DNA of 64,000 nucleotides, taken from positions 558,001 through 622,000 of the forward strand of contig NC_134027.1 of the NCBI RefSeq assembly GCF_964204645.1. The letters are read 5' to 3'. The stretch comes from Tubulanus polymorphus. Taxonomy: Eukaryota > Animalia > Nemertea. Position 1 is the first letter of the stretch; each line of letters opens with the position of its first letter. A model generated the notes under the pieces. It saw nothing but the letters and a program-made list of their open reading frames with translations. It had not been told where the DNA came from and made no database searches. Positions 50,307-64,000 of this stretch are shown in pieces. The position numbers and the translations under genes were made by a program.

Positions 50307-51552
50307 ATGCCAAAAGCTATTAAAAAAACGCGGGGCGCGGGCCCCTCACATTCGAGCCCGTATAATAAAGTAAGTACAAATTTACTGCTTCCATGCTTAT
50401 TTATTCATCCAATACTTAGTATTTTGTACCCCTGGGTCCAGTTTCACAAAAAGGATTAACGCCTAAATCGATTTAAGATAAACTGAATTAATGAAGAAAT
50501 TAAATCGATTTAAGAGTTAAACCTGTTTGTGAAACTGGGCCCTGAATTGCATCTAGAATGAAAAATAAGAAAAAAAAATATTGAAAATAACGTTGGTGAA
50601 ATATTTCTGGATCTTTCTGGATTTCTGCTCAATGCATCGTTTAGTAAAATATCGATATTCTCTAAAAGTAAAGATATAAGAATAAAAATATTGTATTGAA
50701 TCGTGATTAGTTACTGTATGCGCTGCTAGTTGTTGCCCAACCCATAGCCTCATTTCTCTCCATTCTAAATTTGCATTGTTTAACATTGCCTGGTTGCTAT
50801 GGAAACTATTTATTTAAGTTTCTTTGTGGTATCCATGGCAACAGTAACGTTTAGGTAGTGGCACCAATTATGGGTCCCAACGTTCCCATGGCGATACATG
50901 AGAACATTTATCCTATTTTTGACCTTCATGACGTAAGATGGTGGTGAGTCGATGACGTCATTTTCGTCTCACCACTAATGAAAAAAAAAAAATGAAATGA
51001 AAAAAAAGGAAAAAATGGTTAGAATTACGTTTATAAAATTTTTCTGGATCGGCTAAATGTATTGTTCCATTAAATATCGACATTCTCTAAAATCATAGGC
51101 ATCAATATCAAAATGATGATACAGCAGACTCCGCTTAACTCTGTTCTATTTGGACCATTAATTAACCGAATACCGACTTTTTAAATTTTAGGATTTTAAC
51201 TTTAAGGATCAGAAAATGTGTATGCAATATCAACCGGGTACCGAGTAGGGTGGCCGAGTCTACTGTAGTCTGCTGCCCCCTCGAATCCATTACCTTATTA
51301 TCTCTCAATTTGCATTGTTTGACCTCGTCTGGTTGCTATGGAAACTATTTAGTTATATCAGGAACGGTTTTTTCGAGGTAACCAGTGGCAACATTTAACA
51401 GGCGTGTCCGTCCTAGAGATAAACTGTCTGATTTCACAGCCACATCCGTCCTGGAGATAAACTGTTAGATAAACTCTGATTTCGCGTCCGTCCTATTTCT
51501 TGTCATTGTATGAATATGTTTTCTCTTTTATAGGGTACAGCGCAGCAACAGC

Positions 51553-51583
<31 letters not shown>

Positions 51584-54500
51584 GCAACAAAAATTTGATA
51601 TTTCCATGTCTGGGATTGACGTAAGTTATCGTAAACGCCTGTTTGAAGTCATCATTCTTGAGCTTGAAACCGAAATTTATATATATAGAATATTAAACCC
51701 TGCTTCTGCTACTGACAGGTAATGTCCGTCATACATTACTGCATCGTCAAATCTATACCAGGGTGCACCCAGCCTGATCGTTCGCATCATCACATGCAAA
51801 GGGCTGATTATTTTGGAACCCAGTTTTTATCAGCTGGAACATTCTGCACATTCGACCATATTGATTGATAGCCCGTTATAGACGAGTGGAGAAAAACTGG
51901 AAAACCAGTTCAATGTTACCTCATGGTAAACATAAGGGAATTTCAATGAGTTTAACTCACATTTACAGAGTTTTAACGAGGTTAGACTGATTAACCATTA
52001 TTCCATCAATGGTGTGTTCTGTCCATCAAGGCTCCTCAGACGCACCGAGCAGTCAAATGCAGCAGTAGCACGAGGGTCGGGTGTTCTCGTGTGGGCAGAC
52101 GGTCCGAACCCCAAAACCATTTACTTACACTATACAAATCAGATCAGGTTTTTAACATTGTCTTTGATTGTATTTTCAGTTTCTGCCGACAACGCCGACA
52201 ACGCCGCCAAGCGGTACTTCTACGCCGGTAAGTGATAACTATTTTCTAATAAATCACGCTTATTTCAATTTGTAATTTAAAAATAGAGGGCAGTAGCTGT
52301 TTTGCATAAATTATGCTAATTAGGAATAAATTCAAATTCGATTAAGTCTCATCATCGTAGAAGTCATATATTAATGATGCTATCTCTACAGTTGTCATTT
52401 GAATTAAGTGTTATATTTACTACTTAATTTGCTTCATGACCCAAAAGCCTCTACTATATAACTACTGGTTTTGTTCTAATCTTGGAGAATTTGCTGCAAA
52501 ATTAACTTATCATTCGTTAATCAGTTTTTATTGAAAACCTGAATCAGTGATACATGCATTCATGAATATCCATCTAATATTTTGTTTTATTTTATCTTTA
52601 CAGAACATATCACCGATACAGCACGTGGACGTAAGACATTAAACATTGATCTTGAATTTTAAGTTCAAACTAATTTATTTTTTATCTCACTCGGGACTAT
52701 AGTTATTGCGTTCACTTTGCGTCCAGTTGTCTCGGCTAGTTTTTGATTTATCGTGTTGATAATTGGTTTATATACTCAAACTACTCAAACTCAAAATATT
52801 GGCACAATTGGAATTAAGATGGCGGACTTGTATGACCATTTTTTTCCCCGGCAAAATCAGCGCTTTAGGATCAATTCTGTTGTTGTTATATTACATTGAA
52901 ATCAGAGTTTAATATATATCAGTATAGAGCAGGTTTTTGCTCTAGTTATAAATAAAGTTATAAATAATCTCATGACATGTTCTGTATATGTGTAGTGAGT
53001 TTCAATGTCTTTGGTTCCTTTTAAACCAGGGGGAGTTAAATTTGAAAATGTCAGATCGTCGAGCATTTCAGACCACTTCCAAAGTGGGTCCCTGCACCCC
53101 TAGTTATACCGTTAATATTTTAATAATACATTAATATTTTTATTTGATAGAATATATTGATATACCATACATTGATATCGGTCTTGTAATTGGATCAACA
53201 ACCATGAGATCAAAACACAGCAAATATGAACCTGCTGTGAATCAATAGATTTGTGATAAATGTAATGAAATTGTTATTTTTCATATTGACTTTTTGAGTT
53301 AAGGGTCTGTTGTATAAGAGTATTTGGTCTCGCGTGTCAATGTATGATATCAATCTGTTGTATTTCCTCGTTCCAATGTTTAAAAGGTGTTCGTCACCTT
53401 ATATTAATATCCTCCGTGTTTAAAAACCTGTGCGTATTACTTTTACCGTTAGATGGCGCCATAAGTGTGATATTTGATATATGGGATACCCGCAAAACCA
53501 GCTATTCCACCAGATGGCGCAACGAGTAGTAGGTCGTTCGTTGTCAAAATTAGTTCATTTTCAATGAACTTTGAACTGGTTTGAAGAAGAAATACTTTCA
53601 TTCTTCTACTCTGATATCGGTTTAGTTTTCATTAATAATTGATTCATTTAAGAGAACAATTCATTCAGATTTAATTGAAATGTACAAGAAAATCGAACGC
53701 AGACGACCAACTATTTACTAGCGACACCTGGTGGATCCTCGCATGCCATAAGTGGAATCCTCGATTGCCACAGTAAGACTGCGGGTATCCCATTGTTTGG
53801 CGTGTGATAAAGTAAAGTTAGAAAACGAATGTTTAACTTTGTTGTGAAATGAAAGCGTTTTGGAGATTTTTAAACCGATCAAATCAATATTTTGATATTA
53901 CGCTTGAAACCCTTCCCACTCATATTCTGCTTACTAAGTATATATTCTAGTTTCCGTGGAAATCATGGTGAGTGGCGCCATCTATACAGTGGAGTTAGCT
54001 TTATAAATCGAGTATGATTCGACAAGTGGCTCCATCTATTCCCTAATACTGAAGCGAGGTAACCAGCAGCGCCCTCATATACAGGAAATGAACGCCTATC
54101 AAGTTCAACAATGCACGGTGTATTGACCACCGCGACCGGTGATAATTATATCAATGTTGATTAGCTATTGCCATAGACAGGTCCGTAGCGTTTGACTGGA
54201 CCAGAACGGGGTCTCCTAACCAAAACAAATTTTGAAAACGTGCCCAGATAAATTGCCTCTGGGAGATTGATTAACGAGGTTTTGATTGAATGAACAAATT
54301 TTAATATTTGTAAGTTTAACATTTCTGTTTTTAATTTTTCTTTGTAAGGAACTGAATTTTCGAACCCCCCTGAACCGCTTCAAGCTACGTTCCTGATATA
54401 GTGCTAGCTATACCTGAATACTTTTCTCTTATTGAAATTGTCTAAAAAACCAGCACCTTGAACTAATGAACGTCATAATGAAAATGTTTAAAAATTCAAC

Positions 54501-57500
54501 CGTTAATGAATTTGACTAATGTATTTTTTTTATTTTCATTTCTAGCGTCAGTTTGCCTCAGAGGCTACGTCGCCGTCGCTTAATGTAAGTATCAGTGACG
54601 CCCTCAATCTCACATGCCTCACTTCCCTCCTAATGTAACCATTTTTATGAAATTCCTCAAGAAAATATATACTGATAATCTTAGAATACACGTTTTTGTA
54701 CCCAGACCCCTTCATTCTACTGAACTACCGTGTAATCAGTACCTGTTGTGTTCATTTTCTGTTGCATTGATTTATATATTATTTCTATTTATAGTTGTCA
54801 AACAACAGCAGCAGCAGCAGCGCACCCCTCCCGCCGGAGACGCCTCCCGACTTGCAAGCAAGAAGTAAGTTCAGTCTTCAAATACAATTTCAACGCATTC
54901 AATTTTTTGTATGGCGTTAAAACGGTTAAAGTTGTGACTAGTTTTCATAACTCCGTGACGTCAGGTGTGAGACAAAATACAATATCATATTTCCATCGAG
55001 TACCGGACCCTTTCCTATGTTTTTTGCCAATTTGGATTGAATGATCGCCAGCGGTTTTTCTATACGACCCGGCTCTGCTGTATTGCATTTAGCCATCCTT
55101 TTTCTTGGCGTTTTTTATAAGAAGGTGTTTGATTTTGTCTCTAAGGGATTTAGGAATTTAAGAGACACTTGTACTCTCTATGCAGTGAGTTTGTTCTGTT
55201 TTTGTTCCCTCGTGAATTTTATTTTTGTTTGAATCAAATCAAATCAGTGCATCTTTCTTGAATTGCGTGTATGTTATAATATTATGTAAGTTATAACGTT
55301 AAAATATCTGTTATATTTAAACCGAATATTTAATTGTTGTATTTTGAATGCGATAATGCCGCTCCCTGCTAAAGTCCAGCGTCGTCGTGAGGGATGCGGT
55401 CATCTGTTCGGGCCCTGATTACGTTCTGTGTTCATCCTGTTTGGCTACATCGGGCGTTATATGAGTTAATCCTTCCTGGACTTGCGGATTGTGGTCGGAA
55501 GATCTATGGGTTCGGGCCGAGAAGTCCCAGAAACAGAAAGTACAGTTTCTGTCGATGTACCGATTGATGTCTCTATTTCAGAAAGTAACAGCGGTCGCCA
55601 GCTGTACTAGCAAGGTTGGTTTCCCAACTCCATTCTCTGAGGAGGATCGCTGGTTCTCTAGTGCCGGTCAGTCACCAGTCAATCAATGGTTCAGCTGGTT
55701 CACTGTCCGAATGGTATTTCCCAGATATCGCACAGGAACTCGGGTTCGGTCCGGGCTACTCCGAGCAATGGTCCGGTCCAGGCATCACCGGGAACTGTAC
55801 ATCCAGTCCGGTGCGGTCACCTCTGAGCACCGGTCCAGTCCAGGCATCACCAGTTACTGAACATCTTGTCCGGTCCGGGCGGCCTCAAGCTACGGTTGGG
55901 TCCAGGCATCACAGGGTACTGAACATCTGGTCCCGTCCAGGCATCACCGGGTACTGAACATCCAGTCCGGTCCGGTCCAGGCATCACTGGGAACTGTACA
56001 TCCAGTCCGGTCCGGTCCAGGCATCACTGGGAACTGTACATCCAGTCCGGTCCGGTCCAGGCATCACTGGGAACTGTACATCCAGTCTGGTCTGGTCCAG
56101 GCATCACCGGGTACTGAACATCTGGTCCGGTCCGGCAGCTTTGAGCACCAGTCCATTCCAGGCATCACCGGGTACTGAACATCCAGTCCGGTCCGGTCCA
56201 GGCATCACTGGGAACTGTACATCCAGTCCGGTCCGGTCCAGGCATCACTGGGTACTGAACATCTGGTCCAGTCCGGCAGCTTTGAGCACCAGTCCATTCC
56301 AGGCATCACTGGGTACTGAACATCCAGTCCGGTCCAGGCATCACCGGGTACTGAACATCCAGTCCGGTCCGGTCCAGGCATCACCGGGTACTGTACATCC
56401 AGTCCGGTCCGGTCCAGGCATCACTGGGAACTGTACATCCAGTCCGGTCCGGTCCAGGCATCACCGGGTACTGAACATCCAGTCCGGTCCGGTCCAGGCA
56501 TCACTGGGTACTGAACATCCAGTCCGGTCCGGTCCAGGCATCACTGGGAACTGTACATCCAGTCCGGTCCGGTCCAGGCATCACTGGGAACTGTACATCC
56601 AGTCCGGTCCGCTCCAGGCATCACCGGGTACTGAACATCCAGTCCGGTCCGGTCCAGGCATCACTGGGTACTGAACATCCAGTCTGGTCCGGTCCAGGCA
56701 TCACTGGAAACTGTACATCCAGTCCGGTCCGGTCCAGGCATCACTGGGAACTGTACATCCAGTCCGGTCCGGTCCAGGCATCACCGGGTACTGAACATCT
56801 GGTTCGGTCCAGGCATCACCGGGTACTGAACATCCAGTCCGGTCCGGTCCAGGCATCACTGGGAACTGTACATCCAGTCCGGTCCGGTCCAGGCATCACT
56901 GGGAACTGTACATCCAGTCAGGTCCGGTCCAGGCATCACTGGGAACTGTACATCCAGTCCGGTCCGGTCCAGGCATCACCGGGTACTGAACATCTGGTCG
57001 GTCCAGGCATCACCGGGTACTGAACATCCAGTCCGGTCCGGTCCAGGCATCACCGGGTACTGAACATCTGGTCGGTCCAGGTATCACCGGGTACTGAACA
57101 TCCAGTCCGGTCCGGTCCAGGCATCACTGGGTACTGAACATCCAGTCTGGTCCGGTCCAGGCATCACTGGGTACTGAACATCCAGTCTGGTCCGGTCCAG
57201 GCATCACTGGGAACTGTACATCCAGTCCGGTCCGGTCCAGGCATCACTGGGAACTGAACATCCAGTCCGGTCCGGTCCAGGCATCACCGGGTACTGAACA
57301 TCCAGTCCGGTCTGGTCCAGGCATCACTGGGTGCTGAACATCCAGTCTGGTCCGGTCCAGGCATCACTGGGAACTGTACATCCAGTCCGGTCCGGTCCGG
57401 TCCAGGCATCACTGGGAACTGTACATCCAGTCCGGTCCGGCCAAGGCATCACTGGGTGCTGAACATCCAGTCTGGTCCGGTCCAGGCATCACTGGGTACT

Positions 57501-60500
57501 GAACATCCAGTCTGGTCCGGTCCAGGCATCACTGGGAACTGTACATCCAGTCCGGTCCGGTCCAGGCATCATCAGGTACTGAACATCCAGTCTGGTCCGG
57601 GCGGCCTGGCATCAATGTTTCGAATTTGAAACATAGTTATTATGGCTCTAGGTTTGGTAGAGGGCGCTCTTCTACCAGACGCAGGAGTAAGGTCACCTTC
57701 ACTGATATCGAGGATGGATCGAGAGATTATGATTGATTCTGTAGGAACCATCATCATTCATCAGTTCACGTCGAGGGACCGTTTAGGAAGTTCATGTCTT
57801 TCACGTCGAGGGACCGTTTAGGAAGTTCACGTCTTTCACGTCTAGGGACCGTTTAGGAAGTTCATGTCTTTCACGTCGTGGGACCGTTTAGGAAGTTCAC
57901 GTCTTTCACGTCGTGGGACTGTTTAGGAAGTTCATGTCTTTCATGTCGAGGGACCGTTTAGGAAGTTCATGTCTTTCACGTCGAGGGACTGTTTAGGAAG
58001 TTCATGTCTTTCATGTCGAGGGACCGTTTAGGAAGTTCATGTCTTTCACGTTGAGGGACCGTTTAGGAAGTTCATGTCTTTCACGTCGAGGGACCGTTTA
58101 GGAAGTTCACGTCTTTTACGTCGAGGGACCGTTTAGGAAGTTCATCTCTTTCACGTCGAGGGACCGTTTAGGAAGTTCACGTCTTTCACGTCGAGGGACC
58201 GTTTAGGAAGTTCATGTCTTTCACGTCGAGGGACCCTTTAGGAAGTTCATGTCTTTCACATCGAGGGACCGTTTAGGAAGTCGTCACAATAATCGGGATT
58301 TCCGTGATTTCGAAAGTAAGATGTTATTGTCATTGTAAGCTACCGCAGTTACAGGTAAGCCTATTCTTGATTGCCCGGTTAGAAGTTCAGTTATTCGGAA
58401 TTCTGACTCTGAATTTCTGAGGGGTAGCATCTGATTTCAACGAGGATCTAGTTCCTGCAGCAATAAGCTTCGGGTTGCCGCTCACAACGGAAGCTCGTAA
58501 CACGGTTAGCCATGCCTGCAGGGGATATGCTATTTTTTACCCCTCAGCCATAGGACGCAAGGGGTAAAAAATCACTTATGTCCGGACGGGCGGGCTGTTT
58601 GTTTTTGACATATACAGGTCATCCAAGATGGCCGCCACAGCCATTGCAATGTGTGAAATAGCCATTTGAAGCTTGTTATCGCTCTACAGACTTAAGTTTT
58701 TCATTGATTTTCTTGTGACTTGGTTTGTTTGTTTGAGGTGTGAGATGGATGAGCCCTATTATTTTTGACATATATAGGTCATCCAAGATGGCCGCCACGG
58801 TTGTTTTAATGTGTGAAATAGCTATATTTTGGAGCTTGTTTTCCACTGTACAATCTACAGTTTTATACTGATTTTCTTATCACGTGCTATGTGGATTGAA
58901 GGCATAAGGATCGATGAACTCTACTGTGTTTGATGTGTGTAGGCCACCACAGTTATATCAGTGTCTTGAATAGCCGATTTGGAGCTTGTTACTGCTCTAA
59001 GATGTAGATGCTTAGAGGATTATAATTTTATTCATACTTGTACTGTGGTTTATTTATGGTGGTCAGAGGATGAGCCCTATTACAATTTTGCATTCTCTAC
59101 TTGACTCACTGGTCAAGGGTTAATATCTAGTTTGTTAAATGTGGAGAAACTCGTGCTAAGTCCTCGGCAGGTCCCCATGTCGGTGAATCACCACCACCCC
59201 CACCCCCCGGACTTTGATCTCAATATTTTGCGTGAATCGTCAGCAGTTTCAAGAGAATGGGCTCGATTAGGTGTGGAACAATTGGAATCCTCGGTTGCCA
59301 CAGTCGAACCTAGAGTATTAAGAGCTCAATTAGGTTCGTCTTTGCGTCTCTTCTCCGGTTGGAGTGCTTCAGTTTTGACCAAAGGGAGGAATATTCGAGA
59401 GGTGCAGATTCAAGTCAACCATGCGGACTCCGTGAAAGAAGCGTTCTGGTCCAGCTCCAGCTCCGACAGCTGAAGGTTCAGCTCCAGCTCCGGCAGCTCA
59501 AGGTCCACCTCCGGCCGCGGCCGCTCAAGGTTCAGCTCCGGCTCTGGCAGCTGAATGTTCAGCTCCGGCTCCGGCCGCTCAAGGTTCAGCTCCGGCTCCG
59601 GCAGCTCAAGGTCCAGCTCCTGCTCCGGCCGCTCAAGGTTCAGCTCCGGCTCCGGCAGCTCAAGGTTCAGCTCCGGCTCCGGCCGCTCAAGGTCCAGCTC
59701 CGGCTCCGGCAGCTCAAGGTTCAGCTCCAGCTCCGGCCGCTCAAGGTTCAGCCCGAACTCACACAATGCCATCTCAAGCATCTTACTTTCTCAAGCGGCT
59801 ACTGGTGGTTGGAGAACAAGTGCACAGCTCCAACATTCTCGTGCCCCTTCTGGTCAGAATAATTCTAGTACATATCAGGGAATGCTCCTAAAAGGAGCTC
59901 TTCCTCTCGGAGAAACTCAAAATGAATGCTCGGGGCCAGTGAGAGGTTGTCTGCAGCAGGCAGCCACTGGTCCGTCGGTCCCGGGTCGTATCACGGAGGC
60001 TACTGTCTTCAATTCTGAACACCTCTCGACATGCGCCCGAAAGCAGATCAGGAGACACTAATCTCGTCAGCTCTCAAAGATCTGGCCAAAAAGAGAGCAA
60101 TAGAACCAGTACGCGACGAAGCCACATCCGGCTGGTTTTCATGAAAATTTATGCTCCTGAAAACCACAGGGCGTCGATGGACTGTCATTCCTCGAGCGGC
60201 ACCTGGATATCCCGAGGCTTCCGATGACTAAAACAGGGAGGTAATTCAAGGTCTCCGTCGAGGTTAATGGGCGGCTGCATTGGACCTGAAAGATGCATAT
60301 TTTCAGGTTCCTGTTCACCCGAAATCCTGTCAATTTTACAGAATAAAAGTTGAAAGGCTGCCAGTTCCAGTTCAGGTCTCTTCCAATCGGCCTCAGTACA
60401 GCCCACGCCCTGGGTATTTACCAGCTTGGGTCAAGTCCAGAAGGTACATTACAGTCCAGGGCTGGGTTTCATAGATATGGAAGAAAAATAATTCCAGGGA

Positions 60501-62406
60501 ACATTTTGAAATTTGTCAATTATAACCATGGTTTCTCATTGTTAGTATGGTGGTTGTTACCAAGATTGAGGATTTACCCCTAGGGATAACTTTAAATACT
60601 CAGTCTATGAAACCGGGTCCTGGAGTATTTGTCTGTTGGTTTACCTCGACGACTGGTTACTAGTACCAAACTCGACTATAGAATGTCAGGAGGCGGTGAC
60701 CGCTGTCGTAGACTTAGTTCACCAGTTCCGCGTAAACTAAGTAAAATCTCACTTGATGCCGTCCCAACAGTTCACATCTCCGGATCAGCACGGTCTTTCC
60801 GTCCATGGCTCGAGTAGCCAAACTTCAAGAAGCGTAGTTACCACAAACGAGAGGACAGCTAGTTATCGGTGACGCCTGTGGCTAAATGCAATACCGCAGT
60901 GCCAGGGATCGTATCTCTGGCTATCTACACATTCAGAGAATATTAACTAAAACCATAGGAAAGGGTCAAGCACTACTCCGAAAAAAAACAAATTTTATTT
61001 CCAAAAAATTATGATATTATATGGATTGCATGCTGTGTGGAAGAAGTTTTCAAAATTATTTAGGAGCTTATTATAATTTGAATGCATGAATTGAGAGCAA
61101 TTTGAAATGTGTTGATATCCGAAAGTGTCTCCATTGACTTCACTCATTCACCTGATGAAGCTTCTATACATTAGTACCCAAAGCTTGTGTGTCAAATAAA
61201 CTAGTTACACGTCCTATAAAGTACTACTTGTCTCGTTATATATTCTAAACCCCAGTTAACAATTCCAGTAAGTCAGGTTTAGGGAATAGATATTTAAACC
61301 TTGAGATGAAACCGATGTGATACAATTCCAGTAAGTCAGGTTTAGGGAGTAGATATTTAAACCTTGAGATGAAACCGATGTGATACAATTCCAGTAAGTC
61401 AGGTTTAGGGAATAGATATTTAAACCTTGAGATGAAACCGATGTGATACAATTCCAGTAAGTCAGGTTTAGGGAATAGATATTTAAACCTTCAGATGAAA
61501 CCGATGTAATACAATTCCAGTAAGTCAGGTTTAGGGAATAGATATTTAAACCTTCAGATGAAACCGATGTGATACAATTCCAGTAAGTCAGGTTTAGGGA
61601 ATAGATATTTAAACCTTCAGATGAAACCGATGTAATACAATTCCAGTAAGTCAGGTTTAGGGAATAGATATTTAAACCTTGAAATGAAACCGATGTGATA
61701 CAATTCCAGTAAGTCAGGTTTAGGGAATAGATATTTTAACCTTGAGATGATACCGATGTGATACAATTCCAGTAAGTCAGGTTTAGGGAATAGATATTTA
61801 AACCTTGAGATGAAACCGATGTGATACAATTCCAGTAAGTCAGGTTTAGGGAATAGATATTTAAACCTTGAGATGATACCGATGAATTTAGCAATTTTGA
61901 ATGAATTAAACCAATATGAGATTTCGATCCTAAGAATATTGGAAGCTTGTGTTTAACTTTACTAAATAGTAATATTATATAAAGCTAGAAGGACACGAGG
62001 GTATCCATTTTTTTGCCCGATCGCAACGATTAAATTCGCCGGTGAATTTATACGCCCGATACGAGCGGGTACCGATCTATCTATAAATCGGCCGTCACGG
62101 TGATTTCGTCGCCCGCCGACATTAAACATGTTCGATATTTACGCCGGTGTTCGGGTCACTTGTTAATTCGCTCGTCTTGTCGGCAAGTTTAAAAAGATTT
62201 AGAAAAAACTACAAATTCTCATTCCTGAATAAACTGGATTCACCTGGGTTCAGTTTCATGAGACACAGTTCAAACTGCTCTTGAATTTGAGTTTGTAATT
62301 AATGTATGTGATTATAATGAATTGTATTTTTGTTTTACAGCTTTGGCATTTCGGTTAAGTCGTGCGTTCCGGCGGGAGGAGTTCGTCAGAATATTTCTTC
62401 CAGAGT
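50307..62406 (+). CDS. Same gene, copy B, 3'-partial. Coding exons 50307-50369, 51534-51620, 52180-52227, 52604-52630, 54546-54584, 54795-54864, 62341-62406
   Basis: Same splice sites as copy A. Translation MPKAIKKTRGAGPSHSSPYNK/GTAQ16KFDISMSGID/FLPTTPTTPPSGTSTP/NISPIQHVD/RQFASEATSPSLN/LSNNSSSSSAPLPPETPPDLQAR/TLAFRLSRAFRREEFVRIFLPE. Exon length changes are -6 and +9 nt. Confidence 0.88.
55356..60820 (+). mobile_element. Copy B of the decayed DIRS-type element
   Basis: Same motifs (DLKDAYF ~60280, YLDDW ~60642). Slightly more complete than copy A. Confidence 0.85.
55770..57612. repeat. Copy B of the 40-bp minisatellite, roughly double the length
   Basis: Same unit as 10541-11430. Confidence 0.96.
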
Positions 62407-62463
62407 GTAAGTAGTTTAACTATTTTCATACAATATCATTTAGTGTGACGTGTGTTACTGATT

Positions 62464-62992
62464 CAGGCACGGATCCAGGAATGTTTCCAAGACAGGGTTC
62501 ATAAAAATCCTGACTAAAATCTCTAATAATAGCCGGGGCCTATACGGCATATTTTTTGGCCAAACATAAGGCCTTTTTTTAATAGCGTGGTTTGGTTGCT
62601 CCCAAAATTTGAAGAAACATAAAATAAAAAAGAATTAGAAAAAAAATTTTTTATTCCTGTCTGTGAAACAAATTCAGTGAAAAACCGAGCAAAAAAGATT
62701 TTTCACCTCGGCCGAATGAGAATCCTGGATTGAACGATGAAACAATTGAAAAACGCGAGGTTCTTTTTTGATCGCAGTGTGCAGAATTCAAACTTTCCAA
62801 ACTTTTAGACACATGTATATTGCCCTATTGACAGTTCCCTCTTCCTTCTAAAAGTGATTTTATCTCACTGAGGGAATTTTAAAAAAATTTTCTCTGAAAT
62901 GATATGGTAGCGTTTTTTTTTTGCTTTAAAAATTTTTTGGTAGCCGATCAGCGGGGTCACGACCCCTGAAACCCTCCCTGGATCCGCGCCTA
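62464..62992. mobile_element. MITE-like element (copy A 16537-16768 is shorter and lacks the left end)
   Basis: CAGGCACGGATCCAGG ... CCTGGATCCGCGCCT inverted termini. Confidence 0.55.
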
Positions 62993-64000
62993 TGATATCT
63001 CCTCAAAATCTAATAAAAACTTTCAATGAATTAATGCTGTAATGACGATATGTAGCCATCTGTCTATTTGAATGCATTTGCAAAAAGCCAAAAAGAAATA
63101 GTAGCAGAATTTTGGCTAAAAGTTTAGAATACCCAAATTCAACATTGCTTGCAGCAGACGGAATTTCCGCCATTTTGGTTAACAGGGGATTCCCCCCTCC
63201 GGTACTTCCCATGATCAATAGTGTCTATGACGCGTTGCGTACGGAATGCCATGGAATTCCCTCACATGATTTATGATAATAATGTTTACTTGCATTCTGA
63301 TTGGTTAAAATCGCATGTAGTTTGAACGTAGGCAATGTTTACATTTGTAACGTCACCGGCGAGTCGCTGACATTAACGTAGTCATTGAGTTAACATTATC
63401 TTGCACTGAATGGTGATATCAATCGCATTCATTTTATAAATATTTTGAATATGAATTTGTTTTTATATATCAACTGCGAGTAACAGTGTTACGCTATTGA
63501 GTCTTAAGAGACAGCCTTTATGGACCTTATTGGTTGTTATAACTCACAAGCTGACTGAGTTAGCATTCTGGATCCGTCAGATTAGTTACTTCTAGAAAAT
63601 ATGTTAGTCACATTTTCTGACTATATTCTGGAAAACAGTGGAAGCTTGTATCCACCCTAGATTAGAACCAATCAGAATAGAACCAATCAGAATACACTAT
63701 TTTTTACAGAAAATGTATTTATGACAATTGCGTAAGGTTTTAGTAAAATAGTGTTTTTTCTCGAGTAGTTGCCGAAGAAGCATAAAAATTTGATTCAATT
63801 TCATTCAGATTTAAACAAACAAATCGAATTTCATTTCATTCAGCGCAAACTTCAAATCTAATTAAGATTTTGTTCAGTATGAATAAGTTGCAAATCATTG
63901 AGAGGAAAAAATAATTAATTGTGTTACTTAAAAAAATCACAATTGTACTGTGTTTATCAAAACAGGAGACCACAGGACCTTTGGTCCTCTAGTATTCTTT

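Larger units (their letters stand above)
43713..64000. repeat. Copy B of the segmental duplication (runs off the window end)
   Basis: Collinear with 1-17630. Differs by minisatellite copy number, several indels and scattered substitutions. Confidence 0.97.

Noticed and set aside
59132-60061. Several 110-170-aa ORFs
   Set aside because: Fragments of decayed DIRS gag/RT plus the 27-bp repeat. Not host genes.

Overview
AT-rich eukaryotic (animal-like) genomic DNA, not prokaryotic. Positions 1-17630 recur almost identically at 43713-64000, so this is a direct segmental duplication or two haplotypes. The ORF track misses the main feature. It is a spliced plus-strand gene with 9 coding exons (5153-19566), mostly micro-exons, encoding a ~340-aa Pro/Ser/Gln-rich, NLS-bearing protein I do not recognise. 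A second copy (50307 onward) is cut off by the window end. The two copies differ far more in their coding exons than in their introns. One 66-nt exon has 14 substitutions, and 8 of its 10 altered codons are synonymous, while most intron sequence differs by roughly 1-3%. The sixth coding intron holds a decayed DIRS retrotransposon. The middle of the window has two arrays of repeated exon+intron units that appear non-coding, a ~600-bp inverted repeat, many minisatellites and many MITEs. All counts are by eye.
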